The translations under genes were made by a program, and so were the position numbers. A model generated the notes under the pieces. It had not been told where the DNA came from, did no database searches, and saw nothing but the letters and a program-made list of their open reading frames with translations. A stretch of 39,713 nucleotides of DNA, taken from the sequence record MW883060. One strand, 5' to 3'. Positions 1-9,662 of the stretch are shown here, piece after piece (position 1 is the first letter of the stretch; the number at the start of each line of letters is the position of its first letter). Origin of the DNA: Escherichia phage vB_EcoP_SYGE1.

Positions 1-170
1 AGGGTCTCAAAGAGACACTCAAGGCAACACTCAAAGAAACACTCAAAGACAAACCCAAGGGTCATCCCAACCCTTTAGGGACCCTCAAAGTCAACTGAAA
101 GTTGACTCAAGGTGATTGGCTGGGCTTTAGGACCCCTATGGGGGGAACTTTGGGTCCGTACACTGTGAGA
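1..170. repeat. Direct terminal repeat, right-end copy in conventional T7 orientation
   Basis: Bases 1..170 are identical to 39544..39713; the reverse complement of the end reads TCTCACAGTGTACGGACC..., the T7-type genome terminus. Confidence 0.9.
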
Positions 171-345
171 ATAGTCACTCAGATTTTTATGGTATATTTT
201 AAAGGACCCTCTAGGGACTCCTTAGGCCCTCTCTAAGACCCTCTTTAGGTGACACTGATAGGATGGCCTATCTTTAGGTATAGACCTTACGGATAGACCA
301 TTAGATGCTCTTTATGGGTATACCTTAGGACTTGACTCTATAGGG
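171..345. repeat. Array of dispersed short CTTTAGG/CCTTAGG-type motifs next to the terminal repeat (concatemer junction / packaging region)
   Basis: Several copies of ctttagg/ccttagg-like heptamers are visible; the position corresponds to the right-end repeat region of T7. Confidence 0.5.
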
Positions 346-411
346 ATGAAGTGGTGTGATGCAATCATACCGCTGAATCCCTCGGTGAGCCATCAGTCGG
401 TCAGGAAGACC

Positions 412-561
412 CTAATCGCTACAAGTGAGTAAAGAGCAAACGGCAGACTCCAGTGAACTGAGGTCTCCAGTAAGCGATGCGTACCCAAGGGCAGCACAAA
501 GTACCATAAGAAAGCGGTAGGTGACTCTATGCCGCAATAGGTTCAACAATAAGCGGAACAT
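412..561 (-). CDS. gp19.5-like small protein (49 aa)
   Basis: Minus-strand ORF ATG..TAG, MFRLLLNLLRHRVTYRFLMVLCAALGYASLTGDLSSLESAVCSLLTCSD, preceded by AAAGGGAGGAG; lies downstream of phiOR as in T7. Not in the ORF track because it is under 60 aa. Confidence 0.7.
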   Translation of the reverse strand: MFRLLLNLLRHRVTYRFLMVLCAALGYASLTGDLSSLESAVCSLLTCSD

Positions 562-714
562 TAGTCTCCTCCCTTTATGTTAGTCTTTAAGTTAGGTGAT
601 ATTAATATAATATAATCACCATTCTTAGAGGTCACTTTAGGTACACTACTATGCATACTTTATGCACTCTATAAGTATTCATTCAGTATCTATATAGTAA
701 CCTTTCGTCCCTCC

Positions 715-737
715 TCTCCCTATAGTGAGTCGAATTG
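715..737 (-). promoter_or_regulatory. Phage RNAP promoter phiOR
   Basis: Minus strand reads CAATTCGACTCACTATAGGGAGA, matching the T7 class promoter consensus. Confidence 0.85.
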
Positions 738-816
738 ATTTCTCTTTATATTCAATAACTTAAAAATCGACCTTCCGTGGTCTCTAATGAATCCATATGC
801 AGTCTTAATGCATAAA

Positions 817-2577
817 TCACCACTCAATGAAAGACGTACCGTAACCCTCATCGTCCTCAGAGTACACCTCAACTCCTCCTACAGACATCTCAATGATGTG
901 CGTGGCAGACACTGTAGGGCGCATCATGTGCTCCTCAAGGAAGTCAGCAATCACTTCACCTTCGACCTTAATGGAATCCAACTGCATGGACTCACGGAGA
1001 TACTCAACGCCTAACGCAAGGGCATCCAATCGGTCATCATGAGCCAGAGCGCCTTTATCACGGGTGATACGGGTCATCTGGTAGAACAGTGAATACTTAA
1101 CGTCATGCTTACCGTCTACATCACGAGCGGACTGGTAGTCGGCCCTAATGACCTCATCACGAATGATAAGGCGGTGAGTCTGCATGACTGGCTCAAGGGT
1201 GTCACAAATACGTACCTCCTTCATTCCACGAGCACGAATCTCTTCCATAGCGCAGTTGTGGTGTTTAAGAAGGATAGGACTGAACACCTTACCAAACATA
1301 CCATCACCGAAGTTACTCTCATAGACAACCGTATGGACTCCCCATTGCTTCGCTTTCTTAGCGAGCAACTCAAGGGTCTTATCGGAGTAACCATCACGGA
1401 AACCTCCAGCTTCCATAAGGTAGATGTAACCGTTCAGGGTGTACAGTACAGCGTAACCTGTTTCGTCCTTACCGCGACCACTAGGGTCAATGACCAGAAT
1501 CTTCTGTTGGTACTGACCTGAGTTGTTGGAACAATCATGATAGGTATGCAGGTCATCACCTTTAAGACCAACGTTAGGAAGGTCCTCAATGATGTTCTGA
1601 CGGTTCGGAAGCCACTGGTAATGCATTGGGGCCTTCTCTAAGTCTAAGGCCGCTACGATAGCGTCACGGAGCCTCAGAGGGTACTTCTCGGCATCACTCA
1701 GGTTCGGGTTAAGCATGAACTGTAGTGTGAAGCCAGCCTTACCGTATTCCAACTCACGCTCACGCAGGTCATCACGGTCAAAGCGCACAGGGTCTGTAGG
1801 AGTCCCAGCGAGTGCCTCAGGGTTCTCATCGTACTCAGCGCGTAACATAGGAGCAAGACGCTGTGCGTAATAGAGGTTCTCTTCATGCGTCCTTGGGTAC
1901 AGAGCAGGCCAGATGATAGTGGTGTACCCACGGTTATCCTCAAGTTCCTTATAGAGAGTCATCTCAGTTTGAGGTGTACCAAGGTAGATAACGCGAGAGG
2001 AAGGCAGCGGTTTAAGTAACGCAGCGAACTCCTGAACGAGAGTCCACAGCTTCTCACGGGCACCCATAGTCGCACTGTTAGACGGAATCTCAACGTCATC
2101 CGCAATGATAATGTCAGCACGGCTACCAGTTAACTGACCAGTGATACCCACTGATTTAACACTAGGAGAGTGGTCAGGTTTAGCTGGGCCAACGTCAAAG
2201 CTGATTACAGAATCACGCTGTCCGGGTCTTGGCTTCAACTCGCTGAGAAACGGTAGAAGGTCAATGATGTTCTTAATGAAGATGGAGTTAGCGTCTGCAC
2301 GCTCCTTAGAGGCTGATACGATAAGTATCTTCAACTGAGGGTCTCTCCATAAGGACCACACAACGAACGCACATGTGATGAACGACTTACCGATACCACG
2401 GAAAGCCTGTAGGATAAACTTCTTGTTTTCTCCATTCGCAAGCACCTTAGCCATGTCAATCTGACACTTAGTGGGCACCGGAAGATTTAACGCCTTCCAT
2501 AAGACGAACAGGAACGCCACGAAGTCTCCTTTCAGTTGCGCCACTACGAGCGCATTACGATTGGCTTGAGTAGACAT
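817..2577 (-). CDS. Terminase large subunit (DNA maturase B), gp19
   Basis: 586 aa with ATG start; near identical to recalled T7 gp19 ([18 protein letters not shown]..., GIGKSF ATPase motif). Confidence 0.95.
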   Translation of the reverse strand: MSTQANRNALVVAQLKGDFVAFLFVLWKALNLPVPTKCQIDMAKVLANGENKKFILQAFRGIGKSFITCAFVVWSLWRDPQLKILIVSASKERADANSIFIKNIIDLLPFLSELKPRPGQRDSVISFDVGPAKPDHSPSVKSVGITGQLTGSRADIIIADDVEIPSNSATMGAREKLWTLVQEFAALLKPLPSSRVIYLGTPQTEMTLYKELEDNRGYTTIIWPALYPRTHEENLYYAQRLAPMLRAEYDENPEALAGTPTDPVRFDRDDLRERELEYGKAGFTLQFMLNPNLSDAEKYPLRLRDAIVAALDLEKAPMHYQWLPNRQNIIEDLPNVGLKGDDLHTYHDCSNNSGQYQQKILVIDPSGRGKDETGYAVLYTLNGYIYLMEAGGFRDGYSDKTLELLAKKAKQWGVHTVVYESNFGDGMFGKVFSPILLKHHNCAMEEIRARGMKEVRICDTLEPVMQTHRLIIRDEVIRADYQSARDVDGKHDVKYSLFYQMTRITRDKGALAHDDRLDALALGVEYLRESMQLDSIKVEGEVIADFLEEHMMRPTVSATHIIEMSVGGVEVYSEDDEGYGTSFIEW

Positions 2578-2586
2578 GTTGCCTCC

Positions 2587-3030
2587 TTACTTGATTTCCT
2601 GCTTATGTTGCAGTTCACGAATAGTATCCTGTAACGCACGAATCCATGCGTCACCCCTCTGGGTCACTGCGAGAATACGCTTAGCATCTCGGTCGTCAAG
2701 TTCGGCTCGACCATCAGGCTCGAATCCACACTGACCATCGGAGGCTCCGGTAGTTTTGACTCTGACGCGCAACCGCTTATTGTCGCTACGCAAATCAGAA
2801 ATAATCCTATCAGTGCTCCCTTCCAGCGCGGCAAGGTCTTCTTGATACTTAGCCGATATTTCATTGATTGCTCTTTGAGTGCTCGCCGTAGCCTCAACTC
2901 TCTTAACGTACTCATTGTGTACCTCCTGTTTCCATTTAGCGTCCATTGAGTCTGACCCTAGGTGCCATCCTAATCCGAATAGCATCCCAGCGAGAACCCA
3001 AGGGATTAGCTTACGTAAAAATTCCAGCAT
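2587..3030 (-). CDS. i-spanin Rz (gp18.5)
   Basis: 147 aa with ATG start and an N-terminal transmembrane segment; contains the embedded Rz1 ORF in another frame. Confidence 0.85.
   Translation of the reverse strand: MLEFLRKLIPWVLAGMLFGLGWHLGSDSMDAKWKQEVHNEYVKRVEATASTQRAINEISAKYQEDLAALEGSTDRIISDLRSDNKRLRVRVKTTGASDGQCGFEPDGRAELDDRDAKRILAVTQRGDAWIRALQDTIRELQHKQEIK
2664..2915 (-). CDS. o-spanin Rz1 (gp18.7), embedded out of frame inside Rz
   Basis: 83 aa with ATG start; lipobox-like ATISGCAS followed by a proline-rich segment; lies wholly within the Rz ORF in a different frame. Confidence 0.8.
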   Translation of the reverse strand: MSTLRELRLRRALKEQSMKYRLSIKKTLPRWKGALIGLFLICVATISGCASESKLPEPPMVSVDSSLMVEPNLTTEMLSVFSQ

Positions 3031-3090
3031 AATGCCTCCCGTTAACTTTCAGATTTCACGTAGGAGCATCTCGTATAGACAATGACATCC

Positions 3091-3127
3091 ATAAAGACCA
3101 CTATAGGTAGTGGCCTTGAGTATATCA
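3091..3127 (-). promoter_or_regulatory. Putative RNase III processing hairpin (R18.5-like)
   Basis: Motif ataaagaccactataggtagtggccttgag resembles the other putative RNase III sites in this genome; located between genes 18 and 18.5. Confidence 0.35.
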
Positions 3128-3394
3128 CTGTAAAGTGTAAATATCGTCATCCGTAAGACCATTATCACCGACTTTCTCTTTGTACTCTTCAAGAGCACCA
3201 GCAAGGCCACCTAAGATGTGAACATCCGGCTGCAACTTACCAATCTGGAACTTGTGGCGGTCTAACAATTTGTTGATGGCGTTATAGAGTTGCGGAGAGC
3301 GGCGCTCAGGGTCCGAAAGGTCCGCAAGCATACGCTGAGCCATCGCAGTGTCCAACATCTCTAAGAACGTAATGAGACTCTTATCTTTTTCCAT
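3125..3394 (-). CDS. Terminase small subunit (DNA maturase A), gp18
   Basis: 89 aa, MEKDKSLITFLEMLDTAMAQRMLADLSD..., matching recalled T7 gp18. Confidence 0.9.
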   Translation of the reverse strand: MEKDKSLITFLEMLDTAMAQRMLADLSDPERRSPQLYNAINKLLDRHKFQIGKLQPDVHILGGLAGALEEYKEKVGDNGLTDDDIYTLQ

Positions 3395-3397
3395 ATA

Positions 3398-3601
3398 TTA
3401 CTCCTTGTTGGCTTTCTTCCAGTCAATCATCTTATCGACTACCTTGGCACCAATCTGAACCACTGTGTAGGCGATAGCAGCAATATAGAACCACTCGTTT
3501 AATGAAAGTCCCCAAAATAGTCTGGCAGCACCATCGGCTACACCAGTCCCTACAATCGGAGCAGCCTTCACTACCTCGTTGTTAAAATCTAATGACAACA
3601 T
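3398..3601 (-). CDS. Holin (gp17.5), 67 aa
   Basis: Internal ATG at 3599..3601 preceded by AAAGGAGGACACACACAC; MLSLDFNNEVVKAAPIVGTG... with a hydrophobic core and charged C-terminus. The 84-aa track ORF is an upstream extension. Confidence 0.85.
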   Translation of the reverse strand: MLSLDFNNEVVKAAPIVGTGVADGAARLFWGLSLNEWFYIAAIAYTVVQIGAKVVDKMIDWKKANKE

Positions 3602-3654
3602 TGTGTGTGTGTCCTCCTTTAAAGTTGAGACCGTCCGTGGTCTATTGGTCATCC

Positions 3655-5607
3655 TTATTGGTTCTGTACTAGAATACGAGTTGGTACAGAGTGGCGATCC
3701 TCATCGTTACGGAATGTTCGCCCGTTGTTGGAGATAGTGAACTTCAACCAGCCACCATCAGACGAGATGAAGTAAGACGCATTGTCACCAATAGGCACAG
3801 CGTTCCAGCGTCCGTTAGTCTGAATCCAGATAGTTCTCCATCGGACATCCTGTGAGAGACCTACTGAAACACCACCACCCACATCACCTTTCCACACCTC
3901 AGCCCACCCAGCATTCTTATTAACGTATCGACCATCAGCTTGGGCTTGTGTCAATCGACCATTGACCAAGTTGTTCACTTCTCCTTTGGTGTAGGCGTGT
4001 TCGTTTAGTCGGTGGTTTACCCATGCATCAATGTACATTCCATACTTATCGATATATAGGTTACCATCTGGTGGGATATACCAACCAGTCGAGCTAACAA
4101 GAGTACCATCACTCCTGAAATCGAAGTGAGTCACACGGAGATAATGTCTGATAAAGAAGTTAGCGCCATCGCCATTGTTGTATAAGCACTTAGCATACAG
4201 GTGCTCTTTGCCCCAAATGGTTGCTCGCTCAAGGAGATAGTTTACATCACCCTGCTTCTCAATGTTATGCTGAACATCAGGTGTCAGACTGCTAGTCCAC
4301 TGGTTCCAACCACCACCATGCGTTTTCTTAGTGAAACTTGAAGTGGTAGAATCAATGAAAAAGTTCTTATTAGTGTGCACCCCATCGGCTTTAAGTGAAA
4401 CTGATGTGTTGTTTTGGTAACTATGGAGATATACATCTGCGCTACCTTTGTTTGCACGACCTACGTACCAATCATTTACCCCAGCTTGCGACCCAAACAC
4501 CGCTGTTGTTCCTTCATTATTACTAGAGGTTGACTGTAGGTTAAGTCTTGGTTGTTCAGTGTTGGAGACGAAGCTACCATGTTCAGCATAGAAGTCACCA
4601 TTACTAAGTTTAACCCCTGATTTAAAAGTTGGGGTTGCTCCCTCTACCTTCTCAATGGTTCCAGCTAGGCCATTCATATTACCCAACTTGTTGGCCTCAG
4701 ACTTAGCACGGTCTGCTTCACTCTCAGAGCGGTTTGCCTCAGTGTTGGCTCGGTCAGCATGTCCCTTAGCGGTCTCAGCATGTGCAGCAGCCTTGGCAAC
4801 CTCAGCAGCAGCTTTAGTCACTTCTCCGGCAGCACGATTGGCCTCATCACGGGCACGATTGGCCTCAGAGTTGGAACGGTCAGCTTGCTTCTCGGCCTCA
4901 GCGACACTTGCGGTCATACTGTCAGCATAACCTTTAGCACGATTGGCCTCAGAGTTGGAACGGTCAGCTTGATTCTTGGACTCAACTGCTTGTGCCGTAG
5001 AGACACCTGCCTGCTGGGTCGAGCGGTCAGCTTCACGTTTCGCGCGGTCAGCTTCGTCGCGTGAGCGGTTGGCTTCCCTGTTGGAGCGGTTAGCGTGTTC
5101 ATCAGCTTTAGTAACAGCGTTCCACACAGAGGTCTCACGTTCCTTAATCTGCTTCAGCGGGACGGCATCATAGTCGCCAGTAGCGAACGCTAGGTTAACA
5201 ATCTTACGACCACGGGCATCCAAGTGACCATTATTGTTGACACCGATAGTATCCGCAGTCATGTCACGAGCCTCTTCCGCTACGTGCATTGTTTGAATCT
5301 GAGCAACGTTAAGGTCATACGCACGGAGGATTGAGCCGTCCGTAAAGTCAACCAAGCGGTCGGTCGTGGAGGTTACTCGACGTAACTCGATGGTCGTGTA
5401 GCCATCTGACGGACCCCAAGCCTTGGTCAGTGAGATGGTAGTACGTGTAGCAAAACGGTAGTCCGTATTAATCGTAAGGACCTTGCGGTCTACACCAATA
5501 AGAGTTACCACTACGAACTTACGGGCTAGATACTCAAACGGGATATTAAAATCACGCTTGGAGCCATCTAACTGGTAAGTCAAAACGGTTTTAATTACGT
5601 TAGCCAT
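3655..5607 (-). CDS. Tail fibre protein gp17 (650 aa), chimeric
   Basis: N-terminal ~150 aa match the recalled T7 gp17 tail-attachment domain; the middle is a long acidic/basic coiled-coil with ADRSNSEANRA-type repeats; the C-terminal domain is only distantly T7-like. Confidence 0.9.
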   Translation of the reverse strand: MANVIKTVLTYQLDGSKRDFNIPFEYLARKFVVVTLIGVDRKVLTINTDYRFATRTTISLTKAWGPSDGYTTIELRRVTSTTDRLVDFTDGSILRAYDLNVAQIQTMHVAEEARDMTADTIGVNNNGHLDARGRKIVNLAFATGDYDAVPLKQIKERETSVWNAVTKADEHANRSNREANRSRDEADRAKREADRSTQQAGVSTAQAVESKNQADRSNSEANRAKGYADSMTASVAEAEKQADRSNSEANRARDEANRAAGEVTKAAAEVAKAAAHAETAKGHADRANTEANRSESEADRAKSEANKLGNMNGLAGTIEKVEGATPTFKSGVKLSNGDFYAEHGSFVSNTEQPRLNLQSTSSNNEGTTAVFGSQAGVNDWYVGRANKGSADVYLHSYQNNTSVSLKADGVHTNKNFFIDSTTSSFTKKTHGGGWNQWTSSLTPDVQHNIEKQGDVNYLLERATIWGKEHLYAKCLYNNGDGANFFIRHYLRVTHFDFRSDGTLVSSTGWYIPPDGNLYIDKYGMYIDAWVNHRLNEHAYTKGEVNNLVNGRLTQAQADGRYVNKNAGWAEVWKGDVGGGVSVGLSQDVRWRTIWIQTNGRWNAVPIGDNASYFISSDGGWLKFTISNNGRTFRNDEDRHSVPTRILVQNQ

Positions 5608-5659
5608 TTGACCTCCTTAAAGTAAATCTAAGAGACTACAGGGAGAAGATTCTTTCGCC

Positions 5660-5682
5660 TCTCCCTATAGTGAGTCGTATTA
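5660..5682 (-). promoter_or_regulatory. Phage RNAP promoter phi17
   Basis: Perfect reverse complement of TAATACGACTCACTATAGGGAGA. Confidence 0.9.
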
Positions 5683-8600
5683 TTTCTTACGTTCCCTCAA
5701 GTTAACACCGTTCGCCTCATAAATCTTCAACACAAGCTGTTGAGTCAATGGGTCGTTCGGTACTAACTCTTTGGTAGAGTTCATTAAGCCAGTCATGAAG
5801 TCCTGCTCGGTTGCTTTGTTAGGTGAATTAACCACACCAGCAGCATTCAGTAGGGTCGCCCCTACGTTAGCCACAAAGCCAGCAGAAGGCATCTGTTCCA
5901 GAAGGTTTGAACCCATATCACCAATTACCTCTCTAGAGGTGTACGGTTTGTTTGGGTCACGTTCCTTCGTGGTGTCCTTAGGTAGAATCGTAGAGCGAGC
6001 CATCTTGGAGGACTCGAACCCTAAGGCACCACCAACTAGGTCAGCCATAGCCAAAGGAGCACCTAATTGAGAACTACGAGATAACGCAGCGTGGGCAATC
6101 ATGATTGGGTCCAATGCACGCTCCAAATACTCCTTACGTTTCTCCTTAGGCATCCCATACGCTTTGACGTGTACGGACATAGCATAGAAACCACCAGCGA
6201 GACCCATTGAGGTGATAATGCTCAGCGCAGCGTCAATCGCTCGGTTGTTCTTGTATCCATCATAGAAGGTTCGCAGGAACTTAGAGTTAAGGGACTTGAT
6301 AGTGAAAGACTTAAACTGCATTACCATCTTACCTAATGCTCCGAACGCATGGGAATCCTGTAAGGACACCTTATGTGGACGCAGCATTGCCTCATCAGCT
6401 ACCTTGTCAGCAAGTCGCCATAAGTCCATAGCCCGTGGGTCCATAGAGAACGCTTGCTTGTCCTTGATGGTAAACTTCCCGTCCTCACCGCGTACCATGT
6501 GTTCCTTGATGAGAGACTTGATGCCAGCCATCTGCTCAGGAGTTACGGAGGCACCACGAAGGAATCCTTCTTTCTCCCAGCGGGTAGTCTTCCCTGTTAA
6601 GGTGGCACTAATAACATCCCCAAGCATCCCTTGACGCGCAGCATCCAGAAGGTAGTTAGTGGTTCCGTTCAGCATCTTGGTCCACGGAGAGCGAGCAGCC
6701 AATTCCTGTGTGGAATACTTCAAGGTCCCTACGATGTTCACCAAAGCAGGTCCGGTATCTGTTGCTTCCCTTAGGCGCTGCACAATGTCAGCACGTTTAG
6801 GCCGAATCAACTGGTCAACCTCCTTCCCGAACAGAGACGCATGGAGTTCCTTGAGTTCCTTAGCGGATACTGGTTTAGACTTGTAGAGTACATCGCGCAG
6901 AATTGGGATACCGTGACCGAGAGCGCGCACGTTACCAGTGACAATCATCCCAGAAATCTCCGTAATGTTCTGAGCACCCATATAGGCGTTCTTAGCGAAA
7001 AACCCTAGGTCATTGATGGAACGCAGTGCGGTTTCCCACACAGTGTCCTGATTGCGTCTAGCACGACCAGTAAGAATCTTAACGGTATCCATTAGGGCAT
7101 GAACCTCGCCAGTCTTCTTACCGTCTCCCTCAGCTTTCGCTTTGAGAGCTAGAATCTCATCCTTAAGTTCCTTAGTGGTTTTACCGGTAGACCCCATGAT
7201 GGCGATGTCACCGTTGATACGGCGGTCATACGCTGGCATGATGCGGAACATATCGAAGTCCCTTAGGTCGTTCACTGAGAATTGCTGTCCGTCTGGCATA
7301 GTGATGGATAGGTCCGAATCAAACAAGTTACGCGCCTCAAGGAATGAGTTGTTCTCGATACCTACTAAGCCCTCAATGTTCTCTTCGATTATGGAACTAT
7401 TGGTGAACTGGTCTGAATGGGAGATACCGTAAGCCTTATCCATAGCGTACTTCTCTACCATCTCTGGTGTTACTTCATTCACCCCGTGTACTTCCTTAAG
7501 CATCTCATCGACTCTAGCCTTGACCTCAGGTCTGGAGACGTAGCTGTTCATCCACGAACGTGCAATACCTTCCTGTAAACCTTCGGCACCGTAGCGTTGA
7601 ATCATCAGCGCCTTGGCGTGACGGTCGTATACGTGAGGAACGTAAGTCCCTTTGTGGCGACTCTCAGGGAAGATACTCACAGCCTTTGTGTTACCGAAGA
7701 TTGCTGGGTTTTCCATAAGTTCACGCTTGGTGTCAAAGTGACGCTTAATGATGTCCATAACGATTCTCTCAGACGGAGTAAGTGCCTTCTGCAACTCTGG
7801 ACGCTCAATAGCCAGTGCCGCTCTACGATAGATAGTGTAGCGAGCTTCTTCACGGGACATCTTAGCACCGCCAGTAGAGAACTCAGGGTCTTTCATAGCG
7901 TCAGACATTGCTTTGTACAAGTCATTATAAGTACGCTGGTCAGTACCATGAAGTCTCTCGTGGATGTCAGAAGCTGTTGCACCGAACTTACCTGAGGCAC
8001 CAGACTGCATACCAGTAGGGGAGCGAACGAGGTCGATAGCCACTCTACGGATGTCAGCATCGTCAGACCCCAAGGTCTTCAAGCCAATCTCGGTGAACCC
8101 AGCAAGTTTGATTCCTCGTGCGGCCTTCTCAGGGTCAACCTCTGAGAACTCTTTGAGAGTCTTAGGGTTAATTGGGTTGCTTGCACTTAGGACTGAGCCA
8201 TCGTGTAACACCACGGCACCTCTCTCTGTTGGTAATTCCTCATAAGGGACACCATTATGTTCACCTTCAAACTTCATGTTCTCAGTGTTCATCCGAGAGA
8301 GGTCCGTAGAGCTGGCGTTACGTGCTGTCTCACGGGCTTCCAATCTCATCATAGGACCGATGAACTCATTGTCAAACTCAGCTTCTGGTTTACTACGTTT
8401 CAGGCCAGCCGCTACAGCGTCACTGATTGCAGACATACCAGCACCAAACACAAAGCCACCTAAGGCCGCACCAGCATAGTCTGCATCACCACCAGCTACG
8501 GAGGTACGGAGACCTTCGGATGCAACGTTCAGCGCAGCACTTTCTGCACCAACTACAAGAGCCTTATTGATTAACTTAAAGCCCTTACCAGTTACACCGA

Positions 8601-9636
8601 CCATAGGAACATAGCTAAGTGGGTCCACACCAGCGCCAATCACGCCAGCACTCAGTTTGGCACCTAGGCCAGCTTCGGCAGCGCGGGAGTCAGCCTCAAA
8701 GTTCTCGTTAGCCAACTTAATGAGGTCGTCAAGATTCTCAGGGGAACCACCAGTTACCACGTTGATGTACGCAGGGTTCTTAACCTCTTTCCTAATCTTC
8801 TCTAACTCTTCTGGAGTCCAGATGTGAGAGTTCCAGCGAGTCGGCGTAATGGTGTCTTTAAACACGTCAAAACCATTGTCGAGACGACCAGCACGGAAAG
8901 CCATCCCAGCTACTGAGTTTGAGAGTTCAGCTTCGGCAGCGTTTTTGAATCCGAAGAAGGTTGAACGATTATTGTACTCGTCAAGTGTTTCTCCGTGGGT
9001 CTCCCAAAAGTCCTTGGCGAATGGTTTCGCCGGAGCCTCCTGTTCGATACCCTTAACGTCAAAACTTGTGGACTCAGGAAGTTCACGCGTTACTTTCTGA
9101 CTGTGACCGATTCCAGCCAATCCTACCTCAGCCGGAATGCCTTTACCCTTTGGGGTGATACCTCCAAAAGTTTCCAACTGTCCAGCCATAGGTGACTTAG
9201 CAACATCCAGAAGGTTACGCATGTAGTTCCGTCCTTCCTCAGAGATGGACGCGAAGTCTCCCTTGGAGTACGCCTCCAGTTGTGGACTACCCAAGTGTCC
9301 CTCGCCTTGATTGTACGCAAGGGCAGCTTTGAGTTCGTCCCCATCAAATTTACTCACCAGTTCAGCAAGGTGCTTGGCAGCAGCATTGATAGCCAACTCA
9401 GGGTTCAGTCGGTCATCATCTGGACCATCGGTAACTCGCAGACCAAGGGCCTTAGCGGTCGCCTTGGTGAACTGCATCATGCCTAGTGGTCCAGTCTTAG
9501 ATTTTGCTGTAGGCTGGAATCGTGATTCTGTCCAAGCGACTTTACGTAAAAGGTCATAAGAGACCCCGTTGGCATCAGCCGCCTTCTGGAACAGACCATC
9601 ATACTCGCTTGGTACGTTCTTATCGTACTTAACCAT
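5680..9636 (-). CDS. Internal virion protein D gp16 (1318 aa) with N-terminal lytic transglycosylase domain
   Basis: 1318 aa with ATG start; N-terminus has an SLT-like motif (TESRFQPTAKSKTGPLGMMQ); length and position as T7 gp16. Confidence 0.9.
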   Translation of the reverse strand: MVKYDKNVPSEYDGLFQKAADANGVSYDLLRKVAWTESRFQPTAKSKTGPLGMMQFTKATAKALGLRVTDGPDDDRLNPELAINAAAKHLAELVSKFDGDELKAALAYNQGEGHLGSPQLEAYSKGDFASISEEGRNYMRNLLDVAKSPMAGQLETFGGITPKGKGIPAEVGLAGIGHSQKVTRELPESTSFDVKGIEQEAPAKPFAKDFWETHGETLDEYNNRSTFFGFKNAAEAELSNSVAGMAFRAGRLDNGFDVFKDTITPTRWNSHIWTPEELEKIRKEVKNPAYINVVTGGSPENLDDLIKLANENFEADSRAAEAGLGAKLSAGVIGAGVDPLSYVPMVGVTGKGFKLINKALVVGAESAALNVASEGLRTSVAGGDADYAGAALGGFVFGAGMSAISDAVAAGLKRSKPEAEFDNEFIGPMMRLEARETARNASSTDLSRMNTENMKFEGEHNGVPYEELPTERGAVVLHDGSVLSASNPINPKTLKEFSEVDPEKAARGIKLAGFTEIGLKTLGSDDADIRRVAIDLVRSPTGMQSGASGKFGATASDIHERLHGTDQRTYNDLYKAMSDAMKDPEFSTGGAKMSREEARYTIYRRAALAIERPELQKALTPSERIVMDIIKRHFDTKRELMENPAIFGNTKAVSIFPESRHKGTYVPHVYDRHAKALMIQRYGAEGLQEGIARSWMNSYVSRPEVKARVDEMLKEVHGVNEVTPEMVEKYAMDKAYGISHSDQFTNSSIIEENIEGLVGIENNSFLEARNLFDSDLSITMPDGQQFSVNDLRDFDMFRIMPAYDRRINGDIAIMGSTGKTTKELKDEILALKAKAEGDGKKTGEVHALMDTVKILTGRARRNQDTVWETALRSINDLGFFAKNAYMGAQNITEISGMIVTGNVRALGHGIPILRDVLYKSKPVSAKELKELHASLFGKEVDQLIRPKRADIVQRLREATDTGPALVNIVGTLKYSTQELAARSPWTKMLNGTTNYLLDAARQGMLGDVISATLTGKTTRWEKEGFLRGASVTPEQMAGIKSLIKEHMVRGEDGKFTIKDKQAFSMDPRAMDLWRLADKVADEAMLRPHKVSLQDSHAFGALGKMVMQFKSFTIKSLNSKFLRTFYDGYKNNRAIDAALSIITSMGLAGGFYAMSVHVKAYGMPKEKRKEYLERALDPIMIAHAALSRSSQLGAPLAMADLVGGALGFESSKMARSTILPKDTTKERDPNKPYTSREVIGDMGSNLLEQMPSAGFVANVGATLLNAAGVVNSPNKATEQDFMTGLMNSTKELVPNDPLTQQLVLKIYEANGVNLRERKK

Positions 9637-9662
9637 TTAGGGCCTCCTTATGTAGCCTTTAG

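Noticed and set aside
562-712. AT-rich leader with inverted repeat ggtgat...atcacc between phiOR and gene 19.5
   Set aside because: Short stem with a long AT loop; probably just leader structure and not convincing as a terminator or operator.
1105-1521. 138-aa plus-strand ORF and an 81-aa minus-strand ORF (1698..1943) within the terminase gene
   Set aside because: Antisense or out-of-frame overlaps within the conserved terminase large subunit; no independent support for coding.
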